Of a DNA stretch of 64,000 nucleotides, positions 1-13,574 are shown piece after piece. Numbering within the stretch: the first letter of the stretch is position 1; each line of letters opens with the position of its first letter. The notes under the pieces were generated by a model. It saw only the letters and a program-made list of their open reading frames with translations, had not been told where the DNA came from and searched no databases. A program made the position numbers and the translations under genes. The stretch comes from Macrostomum lignano (lineage: Eukaryota): assembly GCA_002269645.1 (NCBI GenBank), contig NIVC01003264.1:17823-81822 (forward strand). The letters are read 5' to 3'.

Positions 1-366
<366 letters not shown>

Positions 367-1230
367 CCTTGAATTATAAATAGTGAAGCCCCACTCAGGA
401 AAAACTCTACAATACACCAATTGCAGGCTTTAATTATTCACAGCAATTTATTGCATTGCATTCGACTGTGCCACTGCAAAACCGCTTTTACTTGTGGTGC
501 TGCAACTGCAGTTCACAGCTGGTGGATTAAAAATAATTAAATGATTAGCGCAATAAAATACCTGCAGCTGCTCCGTAAGAACACTGCAGGGAACACGGGT
601 TGAGACAGAATACAAGGCAAAACTTATTGTACAAGAGAAGAATAACCTTCACAGCTTGACACAAGGTGAGTAAAGTCAGTCTGTTCGGGTACATGGCCGC
701 CGCTATGTGTTGCATCGGATACCAACGCACAGTGAGGAGGGAAGCACCTTAGTCAGCAGGTAGGAGAATGAGAGGTGAGGTGAGCACTGGCAGAGGAACG
801 CGCGTGAAGGATTTCGGGATGCATTAGCGAGACAGGCATCTTTCAATTGCTAGAAGTACATCGCCTACTTTCTCTCTGTTTATAAAAATGCTCGCAGGTC
901 AGAAGGGCCGTGATTTGCTTAAACAGCGCTTTTAACCTGTCTGTCTCGGATACTTTTTAGGCTTGTGAAACCTTCGGGGCGGAGCAGCTGAGCGGTAAAC
1001 CCGTCTGGCTCTGGCGCCAAGACGCCCCCTGGTTCGATTCCAGCTCTTTTTATTTTTCGCCTTTTTTCAAAAATGAATGTTGGAAAGTCTGAAAGTCAAG
1101 AAAATGAGCAAACTGGCAACTCAAGGCTGAAGGTACAGAATTTCCTGTCTCGCCAATGCGTCTTGGATTCCTAGAAGCCTCTCGCGACTTGCGGGGGGGG
1201 GAGCGCACAGGGCCAACTGGAGCATCGGCC

Positions 1231-2823
1231 TCAGTGCCTGCCCCGTCCAGTCTTGTGCGTGTAGAACTTGTTGAAGTTCTCCGTGATGATCGGCACGGGG
1301 ATCGCCAGGGTCAGCACGCCCGCCACGGCGCACACGGAGCCGACGATCTTGCCCAGCGGGCCCTTCGGCACCTTGTCGCCGTAGCCCACGGTGCACATGG
1401 TGATGACCGCCCACCAGAACGCGTCCGGGATGCTTTCGATCTGAGAGCCGCGCACCTCGCTCTCAACATAGTAGATGGTGGAGGAGAACAGCAGGATGCA
1501 GACTATCAACGCCACCAGGAAGAGTCCGAGACCTTCGATGCTGGCCCGGAAGGTGAGCACCAGCACCTGCAGGTCGGCCGAGTGCTTGGTGAGCTTGAAC
1601 ACCCGGATGAGGCGGACAACTCGCAGGAAGGCCAGCGAGGCGCTCGACCGGGCACCCTCGCAGCTCATCGTGACCAGCACATTAGTGAGGGTGACATAGT
1701 ACGGCACAATGGCCGACAGGTCCACCGCATTCTTGATGTCCTTCATGAACGCCTTCTTGCACGGGCAGACGAGGAAGCGGACCACCAGCTCGATGGTGAA
1801 CCAGGCCGTGCAGGCCGACTCGGCCACGAAGAACGGGTCGAAGAAGTTCGGCAGGCCGGACGGCACGCAGTGCGTTCCTTTGAATTCGTGGAGCGTCTCG
1901 GCGCAGAACAGAATGATTGACAGGATGGTGAAGACCACCGACACGATGGCGATGAGGAAGGCGGGCGCGCTGGTCTCCGGGTACTCGAACAGCATCCAGA
2001 CGGCTCGCTTGAACGGGTGCTCGGGCAGCACGACAGTCTCAGAGATGTAGCCTTCGTCCTTCTTGTAGGCGTCGATGACCTCGCGCTCGATCTCGTAGAA
2101 CTCCAGCTCGGACAGGAAGATGTCGTCCGTGACGGTGGGCGGCCGCTTCAGCTTGCCGCCGTACTGGTAGTAGTTGAATACGGCCTCAAAGGTGGGCCGG
2201 TGCCTGTCAAAGAAGTACTCGTGGCTGCGCCTGTCGAAGTAGCGCGCCCGCTTCTGCGGGTTGCCCAGCAGGGTGCGCGGGTGCTGGTTGAGGACGCCCA
2301 GCCGGGTCTCGAAGTGCATGCCGGACACGTTCAGGCGGACCCGCTCGCAGCCCAGCAGGTGGCAGTCGTGGAAGGCGGATGCCGCCGCTGATGCCGCTGA
2401 CACGGCTGGAAGGTGCCGGGCGGAGGGAATCGGCGGGGACCGGAAGCCGCCGCTGCCGCTGCGCTGCTGTCGGTTGTCGTTGTCGTCTTCGCCCTCTGAA
2501 ACGGTGACAACCGATGCAGCTTCCTCTTCCTCATCGTTGTCCTCGTTCTCTGCCGCTGTCGCCTGCTGCCTCTGCCTGTAGAGGCGCAGATGCGATGTCT
2601 GCGACTCGAACCGCACCAGCTTGGTGCGCCTCGAGGAGCCGCCGCCGTCCCCGCCGCCCCCAAATTTGTTTTTCTGCTGATTCTTCTTCTTCCTCTGGTG
2701 CCGCTTCTGCTGGTGCTGCTGTCGGCTGTCTGACTGCCCGCCAGACATGCTGAGGTCCTCGCGGGAGTGGCTCATTGTGCCCAGGCCGCCGCTGGGGCTC
2801 ATGTAGGAGGGCACGTACAGCAT
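1231..2823 (-). CDS. KCNA: Shaker/Kv1-family voltage-gated K+ channel alpha subunit, intronless, 530 aa
   Basis: T1 domain (RVRLNVSGMHFETR...EYFFDRHRPTFEAVFNYYQ.GGKL.RP), S1-S6, pore DAFWWAVITMCTVGYGD, S6 PVP (LAIPVPII..NF). ATG in GCCATG context with an upstream in-frame stop. Paralog identity not assigned. Confidence 0.95.
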   Translation of the reverse strand: MLYVPSYMSPSGGLGTMSHSREDLSMSGGQSDSRQQHQQKRHQRKKKNQQKNKFGGGGDGGGSSRRTKLVRFESQTSHLRLYRQRQQATAAENEDNDEEEEAASVVTVSEGEDDNDNRQQRSGSGGFRSPPIPSARHLPAVSAASAAASAFHDCHLLGCERVRLNVSGMHFETRLGVLNQHPRTLLGNPQKRARYFDRRSHEYFFDRHRPTFEAVFNYYQYGGKLKRPPTVTDDIFLSELEFYEIEREVIDAYKKDEGYISETVVLPEHPFKRAVWMLFEYPETSAPAFLIAIVSVVFTILSIILFCAETLHEFKGTHCVPSGLPNFFDPFFVAESACTAWFTIELVVRFLVCPCKKAFMKDIKNAVDLSAIVPYYVTLTNVLVTMSCEGARSSASLAFLRVVRLIRVFKLTKHSADLQVLVLTFRASIEGLGLFLVALIVCILLFSSTIYYVESEVRGSQIESIPDAFWWAVITMCTVGYGDKVPKGPLGKIVGSVCAVAGVLTLAIPVPIITENFNKFYTHKTGRGRH

Positions 2824-3086
2824 GGCGATGGTGACTGGCGGCTACTGGCTCAGCTGGGCGGGCTGCTATTGGCTGTCGGTCGCTGCTGCCCGTCAGCCGC
2901 TTGTCGCTCTGGCAGCTGCAGTTGAGTGCGGGAACGGGGCTTGAGTCTTCGAAAAGGGGACTTACTTGAGCAGTTTGTGCGTGTCGGCAGGGTTAGAAGC
3001 TAATCTTTCAGGTCCTCAGAAGCTATAATCATATGAGTTGGACGCTAAGACCTTACGTTGGAAGCTTAATAAATTTGATACTTTAC

Positions 3087-3530
3087 AGGAGCTAATGACA
3101 CTGATCGGAAGCTAATGACACTGGTCGGAAGCTAATGACACTGGTCGGGAGCTAATGACACTGGTCGGAAGCTAATGACACTGGTCGGGAGCTAATGACA
3201 CTAATCGGGAGCTAATGACACTGATCGGGAGCTAATGACACTGATCGGAAGCTAATGACACTGATCGGGAGCTAATGACACTGATCGGGAGCTAATGACA
3301 CTGGTCGGGAGCTAATGACACTGGTCGGGAGCTAATGACACTGATCGGGAGCTAATGACAGTGGTCAGGAGCTAATGACACTGATTAGGAGCTAATGACA
3401 CTAATTGGGAGCTAATGACACTGGTCAGGAGATAATGACACTGATTGGGAGCTAATGACACTGATCGGGAGCTAATGACACTGGTCAGGAGCCAATGACA
3501 CTATTCGGGAGCTAATGACACTGGTTAGAA
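3087..3530. repeat. 20-bp minisatellite (GCTAATGACACTGRTCGGRA)
   Basis: About 22 tandem copies read directly. Confidence 0.97.
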
Positions 3531-4214
3531 GCAAACGACCCACATTGAAAGCTTTTTAAGTTCGGAAGCTAATCCAGATCTCTAGAAGCAGAATCCAATA
3601 ATCCGCAGGCCCGTCGAGCAGACATCAAAGAAACTGAAAAGCGATTTCGCACAGTCTGTCTCCAGCTGCCTCACGATAGAAATTAGGAAATTCATTTCTC
3701 GCCGCCCATCCGCCGTGGAAGTCTCTCAGCCACCCCCCTCGGGAATGCGGAGCGCAGCAACTTCCCAGGTCGAGTTTCCAGGCCGCCCCGCCCAGACCGA
3801 TCGCGATAACTGAGTTACCGAATTGAGTTGCGAATTGCCGCGACCCCCAGGGCCTGACTGATGGACGCGGGCCGCGGTGCTCTATTAAATGCCTCTCAAC
3901 TTACTCGAGTCCCACGGCTTCAAGAAGAGTTGCTTCTTTAATTGAAAAAAGCATTTTGCTTCAACGAAAAATGTCTCCTAACAATTTTCAACAAGTGCGC
4001 CGCGTCGGCCCGCTAGGCTAATGGCGATGACCGAGCTACTTATTATCGGCGACGATTGATTTCTGATTTTACTACTTTTAGTAGCAACGCAATTTTTTGT
4101 GCTGCCATTTCTGCTGAAAGCTACATGTTAAAACTTTAAAATAGAAATTAGACCAGAGAGAACATTTCAGAAGATAGCTAAACGTTATTCTTATAAAGTA
4201 GCTTAGAATTAGCG

Positions 4215-7150
4215 TAGAAAGTAGCTCAGAAAGTACGCTCGTAGCTGGTAGCTCATGCAGTAGCTCAGAAAGAAGCTCAGAAAGTAGCTCAGAAAGTAGC
4301 TCAGAAAGTAGCCCAGAAAGTAGCTCAGAAAGTAGCTCAGAAAGTAGCCCAGAAAGTAGCTCAGAAAGTAGCTCAGAAAGTAGCCCAGAAAGTAGCCCAG
4401 AAAGTACGCTCGTAGCTGGTAGCTCATGCAGTAGCTCATGCAGTAGCTCATGCAGTAGCTCAGAAAGTAGCTCAGAAAGTAGCTCAGAAAGTAGCACAGA
4501 AAGTAGCTCAGAAAGAAGCTCAGAAAGTAGCCCAGACAGTAGCCAAGACAGTAGCCCAGAAAGTAGCTCAGAAAGTAGCTCAGAAAGTACGCTCGTAGCT
4601 GGTAGCTCATGCAGTAGCTCATGCAGTAGCTCAGAAAGTAGCTCAGAAAGTAGCTCAGAAAATAGCTCAGACAGTAGCTCAGAAAGTAGCTCAGAAAGTA
4701 GCCCAGAAAGTAGCCCAGACAGTAGCCCAGAAAGTAGCTCAGAAAGTAGCTCAGAAAGTACGCTCGTAGCTGGTAGCTCATGCAGTAGCTCATGCAGTAG
4801 CTCAGAAAGTAGCTCAGAAAGTAGCTCAGAAAGTAGCTCAGAAAGTTGCTCAGAAAGTAGCCCAGACAGTAGCCCAGAAAGTTGCTCAGAAAGTAGCTCA
4901 GAAAGTACGCTCGTAGCTGGTAGCTCATGCAGTAGCTCATGCAGTAGCTCATGCAGTAGCTCAGAAAGTAGCTGATGCAGTAGCTGATGCAGTAGCTCAT
5001 GCAGTAGCTCATGCAGTAGCTCACAAAGTAGCCCAGACAGTAGCCCAGAAAGTAGCTCAGAAAGTAGCTCAGAAAGTAGCCCAGACATAGCCCAGACAGT
5101 AGCTCAGAAAGTAGCTCAGACAGTAGCTCAGAAAGTAGCTCACAAAGTATCTCAGACAGTAGCTAAGGCAGTAGCTCAGAAAGTAGCTCAGGCAGTAGCT
5201 CAGACAGTAGCTCAGACAGTAGCTCAGAAAGTAGCTGGGGCAGTAGCTCAGAAAGTAGCTCAGACAGTAGCTCAGAAAGTAGCTGGGGCAGTAGCTCAGA
5301 AAGTAGCTCAGAAAGTAGCTCAGAAAGTAGCTCAGAAAGTAGCTCAGACAGTAGCTCAGAAAGTAGCTCAGGCAGTAACTCAGAAAGTACGCTCGTAGCT
5401 GGTAGCTCATTCAGTAGCTCAGAAAGTAGCCCAGAAAGTAGCTCAGAAAGTAGCTCAGAAAATAGCTCAGACAGTAGCTCAGAAAGTAGCTCAGAAAGTA
5501 GCCCAGAAAGTAGCCCAAACAGTAGCCCAGAAAGTAGCCCAGACAGTAGCCCAGAAAGTAGCTCAGAAGTTAGCTCAGAAAGTACGCTCGTAGCTGGTAG
5601 CTCATGCAGTAGCTCATGCAGTAGCTCAGAAAGTAGCTCAGAAAGCAGCTCAGAAAGTAGCTCAGAAAGTAGCTCAGAAAGTAGCACAGAAAGTAGCTCA
5701 GAAAGTAGCTCAGAAAGTAGCCCAGACAGTAGCCCAGACAGTAGCCCAGAAAGTAGCTCAGAAAGTAGCTCAGAAAGTACGCTCGTAGCTGGTAGCTCAG
5801 AAAGTAGCTCAGAAAGTAGCTCAGAAAGTAGCTCAGAAAGTAGCTCAGAAAATAGCTCAGACAGTAGCTCAGAAAGTAGCTCAGAAAATAGCTCAGACAG
5901 TAGCTCAGAAAGTAGCTCAGAAAGTAGCTCAGAAAGTAGCTCAGACAGTACGCTCGTAGCTGGTAGCTCATGCAGTAGCTCATGCAGTAGCTCATGCAGT
6001 AGCTCATGCAGTAGCTCATGCAGTAGCTCAGAAAGTAGCTCAGAAAGTAGCTCAGAAAGTAGCCCAGACAGTAGCCCAGAAAGTAGCTCAGAAAGTAGCT
6101 CAGAAAGTACGCTCGTAGCTGGTAGCTCATGCAGTAGCTCATGCAGTAGCTCATGCAGTAGCTCATGCAGTAGCTCAGAAAGTAGCTGATGCAGTAGCTG
6201 ATGCAGTAGCTCATGCAGTAGCTCATGCAGTAGCTCATGCAGTAGCTCACAAAGTAGCTCAGAAAGTAGCTCACAAAGTAGCCCAGACAGTAGCCCAGAA
6301 AGTAGCTCAGAAAGTAGCTCAGAAAGTAGCCCAGACATAGCCCAGACAGTAGCTCAGAAAGTAGCTCACAAAGTATCTCAGACAGTAGCTAAGGCAGTAG
6401 CTCAGAAAGTAGCTCAGGCAGTAGCTCAGACAGTAGCTCAGACAGTAGCTCAGAAAGTAGCTGGGGCAGTAGCTCAGAAAGTAGCTCAGACAGTAGCTCA
6501 GAAAGTAGCTCAGGCAGTAGCTCAGAAAGTACGCTCGTAGCTGGTAGCTCATTCAGTAGCTCAGAAAGTAGCCCAGAAAGTAGCTCAGAAAGTAGCTCAG
6601 AAAGTTGCTCAGAAAGTAGCCCAGACATAGCCCAGACAGTAGCTCAGAAAGTAGCTTAGACAGTAGCTCACAAAGTAGCTCACAAAGAATCTCAGAGAGT
6701 AGCTAAGGCAGTAGCTCAGAAAGTAGCTCAGGCAGTAGCTCAGACAGTAGCTCAGACAGTAGCTCAGAAAGTAGATGGGGCAGTAGCTCAGAAAGTAGCT
6801 CAGACAGTAGCTCAGAAAGTAGCTGGGGCAGTAGCTCAGAAAGTAGCTCAGAAAGTAGCTCAGAAAGTAGCTCAGACAGTAGCTCAGAAAGTAGCTGAGG
6901 CAGTAGCTCAGAAAGTAGCTCACAAAGTAGCTCAGAAAGTAGCTGGGGCAGTAGCTCAGAAAGTAGCTCAGGCAGTAGCTCAGACAGTAGCTCAGACAGT
7001 AGCTCAGAAAGTAGCTGGGGCAGTAGCTCAGAAATTAGCTGGGGCAGTAGCTCAGAAAGTAGCTCAGACAGTAGCTCAGAAATTAGCTGGGGCAGTAGCT
7101 CAGAAAGTAGCTGAGGCAGTAGCTCAGAAAGTAGCTCAGAAAGAAAATAG
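4215..7150. repeat. 12-bp minisatellite (AGAAAGTAGCTC) with higher-order structure
   Basis: About 2.9 kb array, punctuated 11 times by a 15-bp GTACGCTCG-containing variant unit. Confidence 0.98.
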
Positions 7151-7814
7151 CTCAGCAAGCATAACAGCAGCTAAGGCAGTCACTCTGCTCAGTGCTCACT
7201 GCACAGCAATATTCGATGCACAAATCAAAGTTTTCCAATTATTAAATTCCATTAAATGCCATAATCCGAATCACTACTATAAGTACAGCTAGCGATTGCA
7301 GCAGTGAAAACTATCTACTACCCAGGTGCAATGCCTCCAGATGCAATGCCGCAGTTCTCCCTCAGATCGTGTCCCGATCGAGTCCCCAGAGCAACTGCGG
7401 CTGGGGAGGGGACGGCACGGGCGCTCGAACGTGTCCAACTGAATGAGAACAGAGGCATAATGGGACAGCATCGGCTCTGAGCATTTTGCTTAGGGATTTC
7501 TTATCTAATCTAGTTGGCGGGATCTTGCTCATCAGCGGCTCCTCAGCGTCGGTGGCTCCCGACCTTGCCGGCGGGATGAGAGGATGAGGAATCCGAAAGG
7601 AGACGACGGGGCGGGGATGAAATGGAGTTTTTGAGTAGAGCCCCCGGTGCAGATTTTTCCCAGAGCCGCGAGCTGGCCGAACGAGCCGTGCCGACTCTGG
7701 CGCTTGGCTAAGCATTAATTATTTGATGATGAGGCATGCGGAGCCTGGAAGATTAGCCACACGCTTTTAGGTGAGAAAATTTGCGGCCTAGTGAAACTCT
7801 GAGTGTATGCTCTC

Positions 7815-7990
7815 TAATAGAGAAGAGAGATAAGAGATGAGAGGCGAGAGAGATGAGAGACAAGAAAGATGAGAGAAGAGAGATGAGAGACGAAAAATAA
7901 AAGGCCAGAGGGATGAGAGACGAGAGAAGAGAGGTGAGAGAGATGAGAGAAGAGAGATGATAGGCGAGAGGCGAGAGAAGAGTAGAGATG
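7815..7990. repeat. GA-rich low-complexity tract
   Basis: Degenerate GAGAGA/GATGAGA repeats. Confidence 0.8.
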
Positions 7991-8564
7991 GATGTTGGTC
8001 CTTAGCTCAGCAGGGGCTGGGGAGAGAAGTGACAGCTAGAAGGTAGTCTTAAGAAACAGAGAATGCAGAGGGCCAGTGAGAATAAGGGAAGAAAATCCCA
8101 AAGAGCCACAGCCGAGGGAGGCCGGCAGCTGGTACGAGTGTAGCCGCTCTCCACTTTCGCGCGGCTGTCAGAATTTGGCGTTCAGTGGCGCGGAGCGGTT
8201 CGGGCCGGCACTCTCACCTTTTGCGCCAGACGATTCACCGCGGGCTGTCCGCGCACCTCCGACCCACAGCAGCAATTCAGGTGTTCCTTATTTTATGCGG
8301 CAAAGTTTGACACCACCGCAATTGGGGAGTGCGTGCGGGGCTCGGCGTGGGGCGAAGATTCGATTCAGAGGTGGGTTGTGCGCACTTTTATTGCTGCAGC
8401 GGCATCTGCCCATTGTCTGTACTAATCTGGTCTGCCATAACACAGCCTTTATGGAGTTTGCCTTGGTGTAGCTGCGTGACCTGTATAGTGTCCTACAGTC
8501 TCTTACAATGTGGCTAAAATTATCACACAGTGATTTGCCTCAAACGGGGTCCATACAGCGCCTC

Positions 8565-9750
8565 AGTGTGATCTATACAGTGTGTCAGTGTGATCTATAC
8601 AGTGTGTCAGTGTAATCTATACAGTGTGTCAGTGTGATCTATACAGCGCCTCAGTGTGACCTATACAGTGTGTCAGTGTGATCTATACAGTGTCTCAGTG
8701 TGATCTATACAGTGTGTCAGTGTGATCTATACAGTGCCTCAGTGTAATCTATACAGTGTCTCAGTGTGATCTATACAGTGTCTCAGTGTAATCTATACAG
8801 TGCCTCAGTGTGATCTATACAGTGTCTCAGTGTAATCTATACAGTGCCTCAGTGTGATCTATACAGTGTGTCAGTGTGATCTATACAGTGTGTCAGTGTG
8901 ATCTATACAGTGTGTCAGTGTGATCTATACAGTGTGTCAGTGTGATCTATACAGTGTGTCAGTGTGATCTATACAGTGTCTCAGTGTGATCTATACAGCG
9001 CCTCAGTGTGATCTATACAGTGCCTCAGTGTGATCTATACAGTGTCTCAGTGTCATCTATACAGTGCCTCAGTGTGATCTATACAGTGCCTCAGTGTGAT
9101 CTATACAGTGCCTCAGTGTGATCTATACAGTGCCTCAGTGTGATCTATACAGTGCCTCAGTGTGATCTATACAGTGCCTCAGTGTGATCTATACAGTGTC
9201 TCAGTGTGATCTATACAGTGCCTCAGTGTGATCTATACAGTGCCTCAGTGTGATCTATACAGTGCCTCAGTGTGATCTATACAGTGCCTCAGTGTGATCT
9301 ATACAGTGCCTCAGTGTGATCTATACAGTGCCTCAGTGTGATCTATACAGTGCCTCAGTGTGATCTATACAGTGTCTCAGTGTGGTCTATACATTGCCTC
9401 AATGTGTGATCTATACAGTGCCTCAGTGTGGTCTATACATTGCCTCAATGTGTGATCTATACAGTGCCTCAGTGTGGTCTATACATTGCCTCAATGTGTG
9501 ATCTATACAGTGCCTCAGTGTGGTCTATACATTGCCTCAATGTGTGATCTATACAGTGCCTCAGTGTGGTCTATACATTGCCTCAATGTGTGATCTATAC
9601 AGTGCCTCAGTGTGGTCTATACATTGCCTCAATGTGTGATCTATACAGTGCCTCAGTGTGGTCTATACATTGCCTCAATGTGTGATCTATACAGTGCCTC
9701 AGTGTGATCTATACATTGCCTCAATGTGTGATCTATACAGTGTCTCAATG
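8565..9750. repeat. 22-bp minisatellite (CAGTGTGATCTATACAGTGYST), becoming a 46-bp dimer after about 9370
   Basis: Tandem copies read directly; 22+24-bp alternation in the 3' part. Confidence 0.97.
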
Positions 9751-10098
9751 CACCCCTTTATCCCCCCTTAAAAACGGAGCCAACCATAGTAATGCTTTCT
9801 ATTTAAAAAGTTCATTTCGAAAGGAACCCCTATTAGTCGAACTACGCGCGTGACCCTGAACAGAAATTTTCTAATTTGGCAAAGTTTCTTTTATCCCTTA
9901 TTAGCTATTCTTCTGAGTAGCTACAGGTTAGCAAGCTCAAAGTGACAGGCCATTATTATAATGATTTGCACTAGTTTCATTTTCAGTTTTTCACTCGCAT
10001 GAGAAACTTAATTAATGCGAATGTCTTTGCTAAAATATTCTTCAAAATCCACTTTGAAAAAGATTTAATATCGTACAAATTGTAGTGAGCTAATTAGC

Positions 10099-10915
10099 AG
10101 GATCCTTTGTGATCCTGTGTGATACTGTGTGATCCTTTGTGATACTTTGTGATCCTGTGTGATCTTGTGTGATCCTGTGTGATCCTGTGTGATCCTGTGT
10201 GATCCTGTGTGATCTTGTGTGATCCTGTGTGATCCTGTGTGATCCTGTGTGATCCTGTGTGATCCTGTGTGATCCTTTGTGATCCTGTGTGATCTTGTGT
10301 GATCCTGTGTGATCCTGTGTGATCCTGTGTGATCCTGTGTGATCCTGTATGATCCTGTGTGATCCTGTGTGATCCTATGTGATCCTGTATGGTCCTGTAT
10401 GATCCTGTGTGATCCTGTGTGATCATGTGTGATCCTGTATGATCCTGTGTGATCCTGTGTGATCCTGTGTGATCCTGTGTGATCCTGTGTGATCCTGTGT
10501 GATCCCGTATGATCCTGTATGATCCTGTGTGATCCTGTATGATCCTGTGTGATCCTGTGTGATCCTGTATGATCCTGTATGATCCTGTGTGATCCTGTGT
10601 GATCCTGTATGATCCTGTGTGATCCTATGTGATCCTATGTGATCATGTGTGATCCTGTATGATCCTGTGTGATCCTATGTGATCCTGTATGATCCTGTGT
10701 GATCCTATGTGATCCTGTGTGATCCTGTATGATCCTGTATGATCCTGTATGATCCTATGTGATCCTGTATGATCCTGTATGATCCTGTGTGATCCTATGT
10801 GATCATGTGTGATCCTGTATGATCCTGTGTGATCCTGTGTGATCCTGTATGATCCTGTGTGATCCTGTGTGATCCTGTGTGATCCTGTGTGATCCTGCGT
10901 GATCCTGTGTGATCG
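10099..10915. repeat. 10-bp minisatellite (GATCCTGTRT)
   Basis: About 80 tandem copies. Confidence 0.98.
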
Positions 10916-11444
10916 TGTAAAGAAGATGAATTCAGACACGAAGTTATTTTTCTCCACTTAAATCGCTCGCTTTTAACAAAGAAAGCATTTTTAGAAACTA
11001 CAAATACCTTTGCATTACTATAGCATGCCTGTGCTACAGTCAATATTTATCTTAAAGTGCAAAGCGCTCTACAGCAACAATATTGGAGCTCGCGGCTACA
11101 ATATCGGTTTTTATCCTTGCTGCACTTGCTAATTTGCTTCTGGTTAGACAGGGATCCCAGAATCAGGATTTTTACAATGGTTTGGCTGCACAGGTAGTTA
11201 ATAAAAAATTAAACAGGCGTGGACGTGGCTGTTTCAACATCTCAAATATAGTCAATCGTAAAAGCGGAGACAGGGAGACCGAGAGCTGCCTGATGCAGCA
11301 GCAATCAGCTGATTTTGTGGCTTGAGTTCAATGAATTCAGTGCATCGATCAGTCAGACTCCCCACCAGTTTTGTGTCAAGTACAGCTTAGGAATCAATCA
11401 ATAAACCAATATTTCTAACCGTTTCAAAACCAATCAAAATATCA

Positions 11445-11594
11445 AACAAACAATCAATCAATCAATCAATCAGTCAATCTATCAACCAATCAACCAATCA
11501 ACCAACCAATCAACCAATCAACCAACCAATCAATCAATCAATCAGTCAATCAATCAACCAATCAACCAACCAATCAACCAATCAACCAACCAAT

Positions 11595-11653
<59 letters not shown>

Positions 11654-11689
11654 CCAACCAATCAATCAATCAACCAATCAATCAATCAA

Positions 11690-11769
<80 letters not shown>

Positions 11770-12320
11770 CCAACCAATCAATCAACCAATCAACCAACCA
11801 ATCAACCAACCAATCAATCAAACAATCAATCAGTCAATCAATCAACCAATCAATCAGTCAATCAACCAACCAATCAATCAATCAATCAACCAACCAATCG
11901 ACCAATCAATCAATCAACCAATCAACCAACCAATCAACCAACCAATCAATCAAACAATCAACCAACCAACCAATCAACCAACCAATCAACCATCAATCAA
12001 TCAACCAATCAATCAACCAATCAATCAGTCAATCAACCAACCAATCAACCAACCAATCAACCAACCAATCAATCAAACAATCAACCAACCAATCAACCAT
12101 CAATCAATCAACCAATCAATCAACCAATCAATCAGTCAATCAACCAACCAATCAACCAACCAATCAACCAACCAATCAATCAAACAATCAACCAACCAAT
12201 CAACCATCAATCAATCAACCAATCAATCAACCAATCAATCAGTCAATCAACCAACCAATCAACCAACCAATCAACCAACCAATCAACCAACCAATCAATC
12301 AAACAATCAATCTCCATCAA
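11445..12320. repeat. (CAAT/CAAC)n compound microsatellite
   Basis: Direct reading. Confidence 0.97.
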
Positions 12321-12775
12321 TAAAAAATCAATAATTCAACCAGTTTAACTACGAGCGTAGTTTAATCATTTTGATATTATAATTAGGCCCTACATCAGCA
12401 TTTTGAGAAACGTGAGAAATCTCAAGGTGCAAAGGGGATATTGAGATGAATGGAGACCCTCCGTCCGTCCGACAGTCAGAATTTTCACTTAAACAGATTC
12501 ACAGTTTGTCTTCATCTTAAAACAGCCTCTTCTAACAGACAGAAGCTCAGCGAAAATCAATAATTCTTGAGTTGTGAGGCAGCTCTGTATTAGAAATCTT
12601 GCAGGATTCAGAATGATCGACACAATGACCAAAACTCGATACACTGGACGGACACGACTCCGCACTTAGCACAGGAAAAATTCAATATTTCAGTACTTCG
12701 TAAGAATTGCTAACAAAGGAGAGGTAACATTTAGGAGAATAACTACAAGAAGATTCTGACTTGGATTGTGATATG

Positions 12776-12840
<65 letters not shown>

Positions 12841-13017
12841 GGCAGACTGACAGACTGACAGGCAGACAGTCAGACACGCACAGGCAGACAGGCAGACACG
12901 CACAGACAGACAGGCAGACACGCACAGGCAGACAGGCAGACACGCACAGGCAGACAGGCAGACACGCACAGACAGACAGGCAGACACGCACAGGCAGACA
13001 GGCAGACACGCACAGGC
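12776..13017. repeat. (CAGA)n microsatellite grading into a 22-bp CAGRCAGACAGGCAGACACGCA repeat
   Basis: Direct reading. Confidence 0.93.
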
Positions 13018-13574
13018 ATCAGATCCAGTTCCACGCCATTCGCAGCCTGTCCCAGAGCAGGCGGCAGAGCCCCCAGAGCGCAGCCAAGCCACACAATGGC
13101 GGGCTGCCCAGCAGCTTGGCACTCAGCCGCTCCGCACAGGCGCGGCCAAACAAATTCGCCACTTCCGCAGAATCGCCGGGCAGCGCGGGCTGCCAGCTGT
13201 CAGCCAGGGAGGGAAGGCACCGCGGGGTCGACCAGATCCCCATCCCCACTTTACCTACCTTTCGGGAGTTGTTGTGCTCAGCCTCTTCACTGGGGCCATT
13301 GTTAAAAGCCACTTTGTCACTATGCCAGATAAAGCTCCCAGCCTCTGAGGAAAGCGCTGCGTCAAAGCAGATCGCAGCATGTCATTTTTTGGCTTTCAAT
13401 TCAAAAAGTAAAAAGATTGAAGCTTCTTTTACTCCTTTGTCGAAGCAGACGGCCGCTGCATGATCTGTCAATTAATTTCCACTTTGGCTGCCAGCCTCAG
13501 CACGCATTGCAGCCGCACTAATGAAGCTCTTCTTCTAGATGAACTTGAGGGGGGTTGAGTTTAAAAGCTCAGCC

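Noticed and set aside
975-1060. tRNA-like stretch with A-box, GGTTCGATTCC B-box and T-run
   Set aside because: Acceptor and anticodon stems cannot be folded convincingly; at most a SINE or tRNA relic. tRNAscan-SE would decide.
1156-1920. 254-aa plus-strand ORF and other ORFs overlapping the Kv gene
   Set aside because: Antisense shadow of a GC-rich coding sequence; the same applies to shadows over the HMG20-like, MTFR1, MyTH4 and NTPDase genes.
4078-7158. Long LSEL/SYFL-repeat ORFs (up to 391 aa)
   Set aside because: By-product of 12- and 15-bp units lacking stops in two frames; 11-bp units shift the frame, so there is no sign of coding constraint.
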